64,000 nt of DNA from NCBI GenBank assembly GCA_000091205.1, contig AP006502.2. One strand, written 5' to 3'. Positions 10,561 through 20,124 of this stretch are shown piece by piece; within the stretch, counting starts at the first letter, position 1; each line of letters starts with the position of its first letter. The notes below the pieces were generated by a model. That model was not told the DNA's origin. It saw only the letters and a list, made by a program, of their open reading frames with translations, and ran no database searches. This DNA is from Cyanidioschyzon merolae (Eukaryota). Made by a program: the position numbers and the translations under genes.

Positions 10561-13278
10561 ATGCCTCTACGTCTTGATCCCGTGAAAGTTGCCCAGGTGC
10601 GGAGTGAGCGCGTCAAGGGTGTAGAGCTACACTCGCGAGAGCCGTGGGTGCTGGTGGCCCTCTACACCGGCCAGGTGCTGATCTTCGACTACGATCGCTG
10701 TGTTGCGTTGAAGCAGTTCGAAGTGTCAGACCAGCCGGTGCGTTGTGCGCGCTTCGTGGAGCGGAAGAACTGGGTTATCGCCGCCGCAGATGATCTCTAC
10801 GTTCGTGTCTATAACTACAACACCATGGAAAAAGTGTGCGAGTTTGAAGCGCATCAGGACTATGTGCGTTCGATAGCTGTGCACCCGACTCGCCCTCTGC
10901 TCCTGACAGCTTCCGACGACATGGCTATCAAACTGTGGGACTGGGAGAGAAACTGGAACTGCACGATGGTATTCGAGGGTCACTCGCACTACGTTATGCA
11001 GGTGGTGTTCAACCCCAAGGATCCGAACACGTTCGCCTCAGCGTCACTCGACTGCACCGTGAAAATCTGGAGTCTGTCGAGCCCAGTTCCGAACATGTCG
11101 CTTGAGGGTCACCGCAAGGGCGTCAACAGTGTCGACTACTACCCGGGTAACGACAAACCGTTCCTGATCAGTGGCGGCGACGATGAGCGCGCGATCGTCT
11201 GGGATATGCAGACAAGGACCCCGGCACAGGAACTCGTTGGCCACACGGCGAATGTCAGTGCTGTACAGTTTCACCCGGTGCGTCCACTGATACTCACCGC
11301 CAGCGAGGATGGCACCGTTCGTGTGTGGAACAGCAACACCTACCGTCTAGAGACGATGCTGTCGTACGGCTTTGAGCGCTGCTGGAGCCTGGCTTGTCTC
11401 AGATCGAGCAGCGTCATCGCCATCGGCTGTGACCTCGGGACGATCGTCGTGCGCATCGGAAAGGACGAGCCCGTTTACAGCATGGATCAGAGTGGAAAAG
11501 TGGTTTTCGCAAAAAACAACGAGATATTCTTCGTAGCGCTGCGTCAAGCACAACTGGATCAGGTAGCGGATGGTGCGCGCGTTTCGGCACCGTTGAAGGA
11601 GATGGGTACCACGGAAATCTACCCGCAACGAATCAGTCATTCACCGAACGGCCGTTTCATTGCAGTTTGCGGCGATGGCGAGTACATGATCTATACGGCG
11701 TTGGCATGGCGTAACAAATCGTTTGGCACCGGAGACGAGCTTGTCTGGGATAATGGCCCGGGAGAGTATGCCGTCCGTGAAGGCAACGCCCGGGTGCACG
11801 TCTTCAATCGAATGCAGAAGGAACGGGCGGTCATTCGCGCACCTTTTCCGATCAAAGCGATTTACGGTGGACCGCTGCTCGGCCTTGGCGGTGAGGATTG
11901 TATCTGCTTCTACGACTGGGCTTCGTTACAAATCGTCCAGCGTATTGACGTAGCTGCAACGAACGTGCTATGGTCCGACACAGCCGATCTGCTTGCGATT
12001 ATAACATCAGATAGCTTTTTCGTCGTTCGCTACAATAGATCCACAGTGGATGCAGCTCTAGAAGCGAGTCAGGGAGTGCTTGGCGCGGACGGCGTAGACG
12101 ACGCATTCTCTGTGCTCCATGAGCAGGCCGATCGCATTGGTACGGGTCGTTGGAGCGGGGAATGCTTTGTCTTCTGCACACATAGCGGGCGTCTGGCGTT
12201 CCTCGTGGGGACCGAATCCACGACCATCGCGCACCTGGATAGACAGCTGTACCTCATGGGCTATCTGCCGACGGACAATCGCGTGTACCTGGTCGATCGT
12301 GACCTCCAGATTATCTCATATGCTTTGCTCGCCAGCATTGTGCAGTTTAAGTCCTACATCCAGAAAGGCATGCTCAGGGAAGCGCTCGACCTGCTCCAGT
12401 CAATACCGCACGCCGAGCACAATCGTCTCGCCCAGTCCCTTGAGAGAGCCGGATACAAGCAGGCAGCGCTGGAGGTTGCCACGGATACCGACTATCGCTT
12501 TGAGTTGGCCTTGACTCTGAACAAACTGGATCTTGCACGTTCCATTGCGGAGCAAGCACCCAGTGAGACTCGTTGGCGCCAGCTCTCCGAAGCTGCAATG
12601 GCCAACAATGATCTCCCACTGGCCGAAATTTGCATGCGAAACGCCCACGATGCCAGCAGTTTACTGTTGTTGCAGGTAGCGCGCGGCGATGCCGCCGGCC
12701 TCCGCGACGTTGCCTCGATTGCGCTCAGGGCAGGCGAATCGAATACGGCATTTTTGGCGAAGCTGCTCCTGCACGATCGACAAGGCTGCTTGGACATCCT
12801 CATTCAGAGTCAGCGATTTCCAGAGGCTGCGCTGTTTGCTCGCAGTTTTATACCGTCCAAGCTTGCCGAGACTGTCCAGTTATGGAAGAAATGGCTCCGT
12901 TCCAAGGGTGAGGATCGCGCAGCCGAGCGCCTGGTAGATCCGGCGTTGCATCCTGAACGCTTTCCAGGCGTACCGCGCTCTCCACTGGCCGATCACGGAT
13001 TGGCCGATGCCAGAAACGGAACCAACAGCGTCTCAGATGAAAAGACCGAGGCGAACAAGCGGACACAAGTCAACCTGGTCTCCGATCTACCCGACGTATC
13101 TCAACTCGCCCTGGACCCTGGTTCACCTGTCGTGAGCAGCACTGGCACGGCAGACGCGCAGCGTCAAAGTACGGATGATGAGCTGGGGCGCTCTCCAGCG
13201 AGTGCGGGTCCGAGCTCTCTCGAGGTTGCGCGAACGCGGTCCGTTTCGCATGATAGCAACTGGGATGTCGACTTTTGA
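10561..13278 (+). CDS. COPB2: Coatomer subunit beta-prime (COPI complex), with N-terminal WD40 beta-propellers and a C-terminal alpha-solenoid.
   Basis: The N-terminus MPLRLDPVKVAQVRSERVKGVELHSREPWVLVALYTGQVLIF...YVRSIAVHPTRPLLLTASDDMAIKLWDWERNWNCTMVFEGHSHYVMQVVFNPKDPNTFASASLDCTVKIW matches the beta-prime-COP consensus nearly position by position. The ATG is at 10561; the track start at 10537 is a TTG. Confidence 0.95.
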   Translation: MPLRLDPVKVAQVRSERVKGVELHSREPWVLVALYTGQVLIFDYDRCVALKQFEVSDQPVRCARFVERKNWVIAAADDLYVRVYNYNTMEKVCEFEAHQDYVRSIAVHPTRPLLLTASDDMAIKLWDWERNWNCTMVFEGHSHYVMQVVFNPKDPNTFASASLDCTVKIWSLSSPVPNMSLEGHRKGVNSVDYYPGNDKPFLISGGDDERAIVWDMQTRTPAQELVGHTANVSAVQFHPVRPLILTASEDGTVRVWNSNTYRLETMLSYGFERCWSLACLRSSSVIAIGCDLGTIVVRIGKDEPVYSMDQSGKVVFAKNNEIFFVALRQAQLDQVADGARVSAPLKEMGTTEIYPQRISHSPNGRFIAVCGDGEYMIYTALAWRNKSFGTGDELVWDNGPGEYAVREGNARVHVFNRMQKERAVIRAPFPIKAIYGGPLLGLGGEDCICFYDWASLQIVQRIDVAATNVLWSDTADLLAIITSDSFFVVRYNRSTVDAALEASQGVLGADGVDDAFSVLHEQADRIGTGRWSGECFVFCTHSGRLAFLVGTESTTIAHLDRQLYLMGYLPTDNRVYLVDRDLQIISYALLASIVQFKSYIQKGMLREALDLLQSIPHAEHNRLAQSLERAGYKQAALEVATDTDYRFELALTLNKLDLARSIAEQAPSETRWRQLSEAAMANNDLPLAEICMRNAHDASSLLLLQVARGDAAGLRDVASIALRAGESNTAFLAKLLLHDRQGCLDILIQSQRFPEAALFARSFIPSKLAETVQLWKKWLRSKGEDRAAERLVDPALHPERFPGVPRSPLADHGLADARNGTNSVSDEKTEANKRTQVNLVSDLPDVSQLALDPGSPVVSSTGTADAQRQSTDDELGRSPASAGPSSLEVARTRSVSHDSNWDVDF

Positions 13279-13314
13279 AGCTGCTCCCCAGAGCTCCGTT
13301 CACGACCATCGTCT

Positions 13315-13331
13315 TGTGTGTGTGTGTGTGC
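13315..13331. repeat. (TG)8 dinucleotide microsatellite just 3-prime of the coatomer stop.
   Basis: tgtgtgtgtgtgtgtg read directly. Confidence 0.8.
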
Positions 13332-13974
13332 GAATTGCATGCATATGAACTGCAGGGGATCCGCGGCCTTTCGAGATGCGTATGGGGTTTCTCCATACAG
13401 GTCAATGGTTACCAGGTAAATGTCGCGTTTGCGGTCGATGCATCTATTCAGCATACGCGCGCTGCTTTGTTGGATCATGCTCAATATCTATCCGAGCATG
13501 GTTTCTCGCGTGCAGCGCACAGTGCGAGAATCGCGCTGGGTGCACCGCTTTGACGATATCCGGACTTGATACGCGTTCGCGATAGCGTTTCGCAAGCCCT
13601 TTGGTGCCCGGCACTTGCTACCGAAGTACTGCGCTGCGTACCATGGCAGACATCGAGGGTGTGACACGAACGAGTTCGCCGCGCACGCTCCTGCGGTGTC
13701 TCGGTAATGGTGCCGCGCTCCGGCTCAAGCAGACTCGTACCCGAGTATCCATCGACGAGAAGCATTACCCGCAGCAGGATTCTGGTGAGCAAAAGCACGG
13801 CCGCTGAGGAGGTGCCCTTCATAGCAGCTAGAGGCCGCAAGCAGTCGTCCACAGATGGAGCTCTTGGGACGCAGGCATAGTTCCCTACTGTACCCGGTGG
13901 CAGAGCAACATCCGCAGCAGGTGATGTGGTGTCCCGCGTATCCATGCGATGTACAGGAATGGCGGTGGTGCACG

Positions 13975-13997
13975 TCTTCTTCTTCTTCTTCTTCTTC
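13975..13997. repeat. (TCT)7 trinucleotide microsatellite.
   Basis: tcttcttcttcttcttcttc read directly; it drives spurious poly-K and poly-S ORFs on both strands. Confidence 0.8.
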
Positions 13998-14566
13998 AGA
14001 TCGTCGTCCTTGCGGGAATGCGATTCCTTGTTCGATGCCGCGCGATGCTCACCGCGAGTCGCGCTCCAGACCCGACGAGGATTGTCAGAAACCTGGATGC
14101 TTCGCCCGCAATGCGCCATATTCAGCGCTCGGGCTTGAGACCTCGCGCCGTGCGGGAGCATTGCACGCATTCGTGCTTGTCCTAGTGTCCTGCGGAAAAT
14201 CGCTGCCTCGGCTCGGGATTCCCACACTCGAGCGACGTCGCATTGCATCGCATCGCATCGGATCGGATCGTATCCAGACGAGTTGCTGCCATGCCAATGG
14301 TCACGAAGCGCCCCGCGGCATCTCCTCAGTTGGCATCGTGCCGCCGCCGCCGCCCTGCACCCGAGACAATCGAAAATCGCAGGTTCACAGCTCCAACAGA
14401 ATTTTGGTTACTTCTCTCTGAACAGCACACATACCGCATATCCACGAATCATGCGTATTCGAGGACGATATCACGGGTATAGGTGTCGTCTTCGCCGTCG
14501 ATCTCTTGCCTCAGGTCCACACCATCGAGGCGTCTTCTCGAATCCGGGTCGGAGTTTCAAGTACCG

Positions 14567-14902
14567 TTAACTGCTGTGGAGGTCGCCCGTCGCAGCCATG
14601 CCGTGTTTGGCATCGTAAACACGTCTCTCGGCATGAAAGATACTCTCGCGCATACCGCGTGTGAAAGACATCAGACCGTGCTTGCTCCGCTCGATATGTT
14701 CAGGTGGCGGGTTCTCAATATAATCAAACGGATGCTTGCCACGAATCTCGCGGTTCAGCTGCACATCGAGGCCCGACTGGAGCTTCCGCACCGACTGATA
14801 GACCGCTGCAAACACACCCGTGAGCACAGCGCCCACCAATGGGTACACGTCGGGCTTCAGCCACCTACGAAAGAACACGGAACTGCGTGATGCTGTCAAC
14901 AT
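14567..14902 (-). CDS. NDUFA4-like small single-pass membrane protein (respiratory complex I/IV accessory subunit family), about 111 aa.
   Basis: MLTASRSSVFFRRWLKPDVYPLVGAVLTGVFAAVYQSVRKL...NPPPEHIERSKHG resembles human NDUFA4 as I recall it ([34 protein letters not shown]..NPEPW). It has one predicted TM helix, and the ATG at 14900-14902 was verified. Confidence 0.5.
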   Translation of the reverse strand: MLTASRSSVFFRRWLKPDVYPLVGAVLTGVFAAVYQSVRKLQSGLDVQLNREIRGKHPFDYIENPPPEHIERSKHGLMSFTRGMRESIFHAERRVYDAKHGMAATGDLHSS

Positions 14903-15892
14903 TTTTTTACGCAGCTTGAGCGTCAAATCGAATACGGTATTACAGAACACCCCAAGGGTCGATAGCGTAAGTAACGCTTCGAACGGAATCGCTCGAGGTC
15001 GGATGCGTTCGAGAGATTTGCCCGCGCATCTGGCGTCGCGATCTCCGCGTTGGACCTCCGGAAGATTCCCTGCGAAGCGCTGCGATACCCGTTACATGTT
15101 CTTTTGCGTGGACGAAACGTTACCATTGATGCGGGGTGTCGGCCTGCAGGCTGCGTACGGGTAATCGAGAAGGCGTCTATCATGCAGCGCGCTGCGTTCA
15201 AGTTCCACGGTTCATAATTTCCTCTGTAATATTCAGGTCATTGCTTGCGTGCGATCGGGTGCAGAATACCTGCCTTGCTGCTCTCGACACAGTATCTATA
15301 CCGGTGGTGCGGTTGCAGCACGGAGACAGACGGGCTCGGCCGCACCACAGAGGGCGTCGGCTCGAGGAATGCTTCCATCGATAAGGAATCGGGACTCATG
15401 ATCATTCTGGGAGTCTGCACGCTGCCCAGATAGACGCACAGACTGCAACAGCGCGAAGCAAGTCGCTGCGTGATCAGTGCACCAGGGCGAAGCTCGGACG
15501 CATTTTACCCTGTGCTAGTCTTTGGATACACTGCGTTGCGCACAAGCCGCTCAGGTCTCGCCACAGCACCCGGCACTGCTGACGCACACAGAGCGCTCGT
15601 CCAGCAGACTCTAGTAGACTCATCCGGATCGCGAGGCCTTCCTCCTAGAAGGTAAACGTACGAGACCACGGAGATTGCTTCCCCTTTTCAACGTTTACCG
15701 TAGAGATGGAACGAAATTCGTACCGAGTAGCTGGTTCGTAGTCCGTTTCCCTTGCTTTTACCGATCGTGTTGCATCCTGAGAAGATGCGCTGTCGCCGCC
15801 GCCTTTAATGCCGCTGGGCGGATGTTTGAAGCGCATGGCTCGCTTCTGCAGTAATCGCTGTGACGAAAGCGTTGCTCTCCTGTATCTTTAGA

Positions 15893-16262
15893 CAAAGGAC
15901 CCGCGATCCCTAGAGGTGGCTATTGCCGTGTTGCACACTCCCTAGGCAAAGCTTGTCTGATCTGAATATATACGCAAAGGATCCGCGATCCTTAAGGGTG
16001 GCTATTGCCGTGTTGCACACTCCCTAGGCAAAGCTTGTCTGATCTGAATATATACGCAAAGGATCCGCGATCCCTAAAGGGTGGCTATTGTCGTGTTGCA
16101 CACTCCCTAGGCAAAGCTTGTCTGATCTGAATATATACGCAAAGGATCCGCGATCCCTAAAGGGTGGCTATTGCCGTGTTGCACACTCCCTAGGCAAAGC
16201 TTGTCTGATCTGAATATATACGCAAAGGATCCGCGATCCCTAAAGGTGGCCACTTTAGCGTC
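15893..16262. repeat. Minisatellite of about 4.4 copies of an 83-bp unit, each carrying AATATATACG, about 150 bp upstream of the POL5-like start codon.
   Basis: The unit caaaggatccgcgatccctaaagggtggctattgccgtgttgcacactccctaggcaaagcttgtctgatctgaatatatacg recurs at 15893, 15975, 16057, 16140 and 16223 with over 95% identity. Confidence 0.9.
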
Positions 16263-16412
16263 ATACTTTCCCTTAGCAAATCGTTTCGATCGATACCCGT
16301 CGCCGTCCGCACACGTCTTTTCGCACGCGAGGCTCCCTGTGCTGCTCCGGTGCAAGGTGCAACCTTTGCGCTTGTGCCGGACTCGTTGACGAAGTTGTGT
16401 GGGTGTCCGGAT

Positions 16413-19400
16413 ATGTCGACGCTCGCCGAGGTGAAGCAGGCGCTTTGGGAGCTGCTTTCCGCGGACGCGGACGTGCGGTGTCGTGCGGCGTCCACGATTT
16501 TGCAAGGCAGTTTGCACTTGCCCGATGAGGATTTCGCGTATACTTGCAGGCGTTTGGTTGCTGGTCTCGTATCATCAGTGCAGGGTGCTCGCGAAGGGTT
16601 CAGCCTCGCGCTCTGCGCTTGTCTACGGCAGCTGCGTGCGGCTGAGGTAGAAGCGACCGGGCACCGGCGACAAGCGCTTATCCTGGACGCATTGCATCGC
16701 GCTTACGATCTTGAAGGCGTACCTACGACATCAGATCCACTCCAGAACGTGAAACATGTCGGTGATGCGCGCGAAATAGCCCTCGCACGCCTGTTCGCAC
16801 TGGGTGCTGTACTCGGCTCATGGGAGCCGTCGCACTGCGAGTCCTTGCCGCCGCTGCAGCTGGGCGGCATTCTTGAGGTTCTAGCGCATATCGCTGATCA
16901 GGATACGAAAAACTTTGCGGAAGCGTGTGGGCGTCTTGCCTGCGAGGCAGTGGCAAAACTTTGTGTCGATCGCTCCCTGTTCCGTGCAGGTTCAGGCGCA
17001 CGTGCAGCAGTTCTGCGATACTGGAAACGCCGGCAACGACAGGGCCGTCCGACGCTTGATGCGCTTGCGGTCATGCTTTTCTGTCGAAATCGGTACACGC
17101 TGCGAGCCAGTGAAGCGGACTGTCCGCTCTGGGGCCAGGAATCGCCTTGCCGGAGCCCAGAGCTTCTCCGCAGGTACGTTGTACCCGTGATCGAGGACCT
17201 GTCAACCGAGCATTCTCCAGTGATGCCACGTGCTTTTGATCTGCTTCTAGCAGAAATGGATGCCGATGTCACGCCTTCTGATGATGGAAATGCTCCTGCT
17301 CGGAAACGTCATCGCAGTGGAGACAGCTCGAAAGCCGCGTGGATCATGCTTTACGAGCAGGTCGTGGCGCCGCACTTATTCTCCAGCAAGCATCCAGCGC
17401 ATGTAGCGCTGGCGCTGCGGCTCTGCATGAAGGCTCTGCAAATTGCCGCGAGCTCGCCTTGCGTCCAAGCGCAAGACTGGCGTGCTATGCTCGCTCACGA
17501 CGACTGGAATGAGCACCTTTGGAACGTTTCACCGCTTCATCGCAAGCACGCTCATGACCTGGAGCCGCTGCTCAAGGCGTTGACGGATGCGCTTGTAGCG
17601 CTACTTGGCAGACGATGTCCACTGAGCACATCTCTGGCGGAAATCTTGTGGGAGAAGGAGCTGCAGCGAGCGCGGGGTGAACACCAAGGGTCCCCAGCCG
17701 TTGTTGTCTTAGAGGCTGCCGCTCGCCATCTACGTGCGACCGAGCTGGCTCGAATGGTCAGGTCGTCGGTCGACCTGACGAAGCTCCCGTTACTCGTTCG
17801 TGGATGGAACGAGAGCCTTCGCCGTGGTGCAGCTGCCGAGCGCACCGAATGTTCGCATAAGGTTCTGGCACTGCTTGACTCCCTGGCTGCTCTGATTGAA
17901 TCGGGTTCGTCTTCAAGGCTTGAGCGACAGCATTGGCGAGGTCCACTGTTCAGTGTCGCAGCGTTCATCGCAACCTGGTCTGAATACGCTGCGAACGAGC
18001 CCGTGCCTGACTGGCTTGGAAGTATGAGATCTCTGCTTGGGTGTATGCAACGGAAAGCGCAGCCCGAGTCCGAACGTGCTCTATGTGTATGTACTGCACA
18101 CCTGGAAAGCCTTGCCGCGCTGTCGGAACACCGCGCAAGTCGCCTCGCGCTTCTCACGCTGGCCTTGGTTCTCATTGTAGCGGTGTCAGCGTGGAGTGCG
18201 CCTTCACCATCGCCAAAGAAGGGGGCACAGCGGACGCCCAGCGAGCCCTCTGACCTGATTTTGCATCATTGCGTACCATTCCTGGACCGCTGCATCGAGC
18301 ATTTGCGGACTCCAGGTCTAGACGGCGACATGTTCGAGATCGAGCTCACGCGCCTCTGCTTGCAGTTGCTTCGTCTCGACGACAGTGGCGTGCGGAGTGC
18401 TGTCGACGTGATTTTTGCTTCTATGATAGCTTCGACGCAGCAGACTGCGGCAGTGCTTCGAGTGGTACTGGGTGAGCTCCCTGGTCTTGCCGATCAGGAC
18501 GACACAAGCACCGATGATCTTGATGATGCCGAGGCAGACCTGCGCTCAAGCTCGAGCGAGAGCGATGCGCCTAGCATCAGCGCTGACGAGGCCACGACGG
18601 ATGCCTCGGATACCTCGGATGCCTCGGATGTGGAATCTAGCCGCCCGCAGGTCGACCTCCAGGCGGATCTCGAGTTGGATATGGATGAGGAGGAGCCGGC
18701 AGTGCTTGCGGCATACGATGCGCAACTGGTGGCTGCTCTAAAACCCCTCGTTGGGGAGCGACGACGAACAAGCCAGTTGTCGGCTTCAAACGCCGCGGAG
18801 AGGTTGCGGGAAAATGCCTTCCACCACCGGGTCTTGGACCTGGTCCAGATCGCGATTCGGTATCAGACTCGTGCTGCAGGTTTCGCACCGGTAACGCTCA
18901 TGGATCTGCTGGGTGCGCTTCATCATGCTGCAGACTTTATCGCTGAGACCCAGGGTACCGACGCGGCCTTATACACAAGGCTCGTTCACGGAGTTCTTGG
19001 TCGCACGCAACGAGCAGCAGCAGCAGCATCCCAGGTGGTCGAAGCAGCGCACGAGCGTGCGTTCCTCGAGTCTTTCCAAAACCTACTGGAACAGGTCGTA
19101 GCGCTGGCAACCGCGAGACCGCACGCCGTACGCTTTACCGAACACGACGCAGTGGCACTGCATGCGGGTATTCGGCTGGCGTTGCAAGCTGCACGTTCAG
19201 CGCAAGCCTCTACCCGGATGGTGGAGCTGTTGTCTAGCGCGCTCTTGCAACCGATCCTGAATCACTATCTCACTACCCGGGGTCGCGTCGTTTCCGCTGA
19301 ACCACAGAAGCGCAGTTCGATTGCTGTTTCGAGTCTAGTGACATTTCTGGGTGATTTGGGCCGACGCATGCCTGCTGTCTTCGCTTGTCCGATTCTGGAA

Positions 19401-19859
19401 GCGCTGCACGGAATGCTCGCCAACGCCCAGGCCATGCAGCAGGACGGCAGGCACGGGCTCCGCTCACATGCACTTCTCGAATGCTGGGCAGTGGTGCTGC
19501 CTCTGGCAACCAGCATGCCGACGGTAGCGTTCCTCAGTGTGGAACGGCGCTTACCGATTCTCGAACGCTGGATCGAGGCGATAGCAGCATGGAACCTGGG
19601 TAGTGCTGGTCAGCGCAAGCTACTGAAACTCAGTCAACCGTTTCTCCGTCAGTTGGCGAAAGACCTGAACACACTTACATCTTCCGCAGAGCGCGATACC
19701 TATCGGTGTCGGATTCGGTGCCTTGTCGAAAGTAAGCTCCAGGTTTTGGCGCTAGGCAATGCGGCAGGGTCGAAACAGCGCGAGCTGCTCGACCAGGTCC
19801 TGCAGACGTGCTGCAACAGTGTCGCTCAGGTCGCTGGATCCGTCCGTGCGATCTCTTGA
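16413..19859 (+). CDS. DNA polymerase phi / POL5 / MYBBP1A-family nucleolar protein, a large helical-repeat protein with an acidic Asp/Glu/Ser tract.
   Basis: The N-terminus MSTLAEVKQALWELLSADADVRCRAASTILQGSLHLPDEDFAYTCRRLVAGLVSSVQGAREGFSLALCACL parallels the yeast Pol5 N-terminus, including the S-A-R-L-G-F-S-L-C-L pattern. An acidic block (DQDDTSTDDLDDAEADL...SDASDVESS) lies around 18.48-18.70 kb. The ATG is at 16413. Confidence 0.6.
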   Translation: MSTLAEVKQALWELLSADADVRCRAASTILQGSLHLPDEDFAYTCRRLVAGLVSSVQGAREGFSLALCACLRQLRAAEVEATGHRRQALILDALHRAYDLEGVPTTSDPLQNVKHVGDAREIALARLFALGAVLGSWEPSHCESLPPLQLGGILEVLAHIADQDTKNFAEACGRLACEAVAKLCVDRSLFRAGSGARAAVLRYWKRRQRQGRPTLDALAVMLFCRNRYTLRASEADCPLWGQESPCRSPELLRRYVVPVIEDLSTEHSPVMPRAFDLLLAEMDADVTPSDDGNAPARKRHRSGDSSKAAWIMLYEQVVAPHLFSSKHPAHVALALRLCMKALQIAASSPCVQAQDWRAMLAHDDWNEHLWNVSPLHRKHAHDLEPLLKALTDALVALLGRRCPLSTSLAEILWEKELQRARGEHQGSPAVVVLEAAARHLRATELARMVRSSVDLTKLPLLVRGWNESLRRGAAAERTECSHKVLALLDSLAALIESGSSSRLERQHWRGPLFSVAAFIATWSEYAANEPVPDWLGSMRSLLGCMQRKAQPESERALCVCTAHLESLAALSEHRASRLALLTLALVLIVAVSAWSAPSPSPKKGAQRTPSEPSDLILHHCVPFLDRCIEHLRTPGLDGDMFEIELTRLCLQLLRLDDSGVRSAVDVIFASMIASTQQTAAVLRVVLGELPGLADQDDTSTDDLDDAEADLRSSSSESDAPSISADEATTDASDTSDASDVESSRPQVDLQADLELDMDEEEPAVLAAYDAQLVAALKPLVGERRRTSQLSASNAAERLRENAFHHRVLDLVQIAIRYQTRAAGFAPVTLMDLLGALHHAADFIAETQGTDAALYTRLVHGVLGRTQRAAAAASQVVEAAHERAFLESFQNLLEQVVALATARPHAVRFTEHDAVALHAGIRLALQAARSAQASTRMVELLSSALLQPILNHYLTTRGRVVSAEPQKRSSIAVSSLVTFLGDLGRRMPAVFACPILEALHGMLANAQAMQQDGRHGLRSHALLECWAVVLPLATSMPTVAFLSVERRLPILERWIEAIAAWNLGSAGQRKLLKLSQPFLRQLAKDLNTLTSSAERDTYRCRIRCLVESKLQVLALGNAAGSKQRELLDQVLQTCCNSVAQVAGSVRAIS

Positions 19860-20124
19860 CACAAGGGGACGCACCCAAAACCTGACGAATGCGCATGCGG
19901 TGTCGGAAAGGCAGCGCCTAGGACGTCCAGCAAGTGTTGACGGAGGCCGCCTGCTCGCTTGCAGCATCGCCTGCGTTCCCTGATCAACATACAGCTTTCT
20001 AAAGGACTCCTGGAGCAGGCGTCTGCAGTGCGGACGATACAGCCGGGTCTACAGTGGATGCTCCGAGGCGTGCTCCAAGCTTCGCTTGGGCATCTCTTGT
20101 TGGAACCTGGATCCTAGGATCCGT

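Noticed and set aside
13481-14248. 255-aa minus-strand ORF between the coatomer and NDUFA4-like genes.
   Set aside because: The translation is low-complexity (poly-K from (TCT)n, A/R/S-rich) with no domain signature; most likely UTR or intergenic DNA kept open by GC bias.
15893-16262. Possibility that the 83-bp tandem array is a CRISPR-like array.
   Set aside because: Units are contiguous and near-identical with no unique spacers, and the context is eukaryotic; it is a minisatellite.
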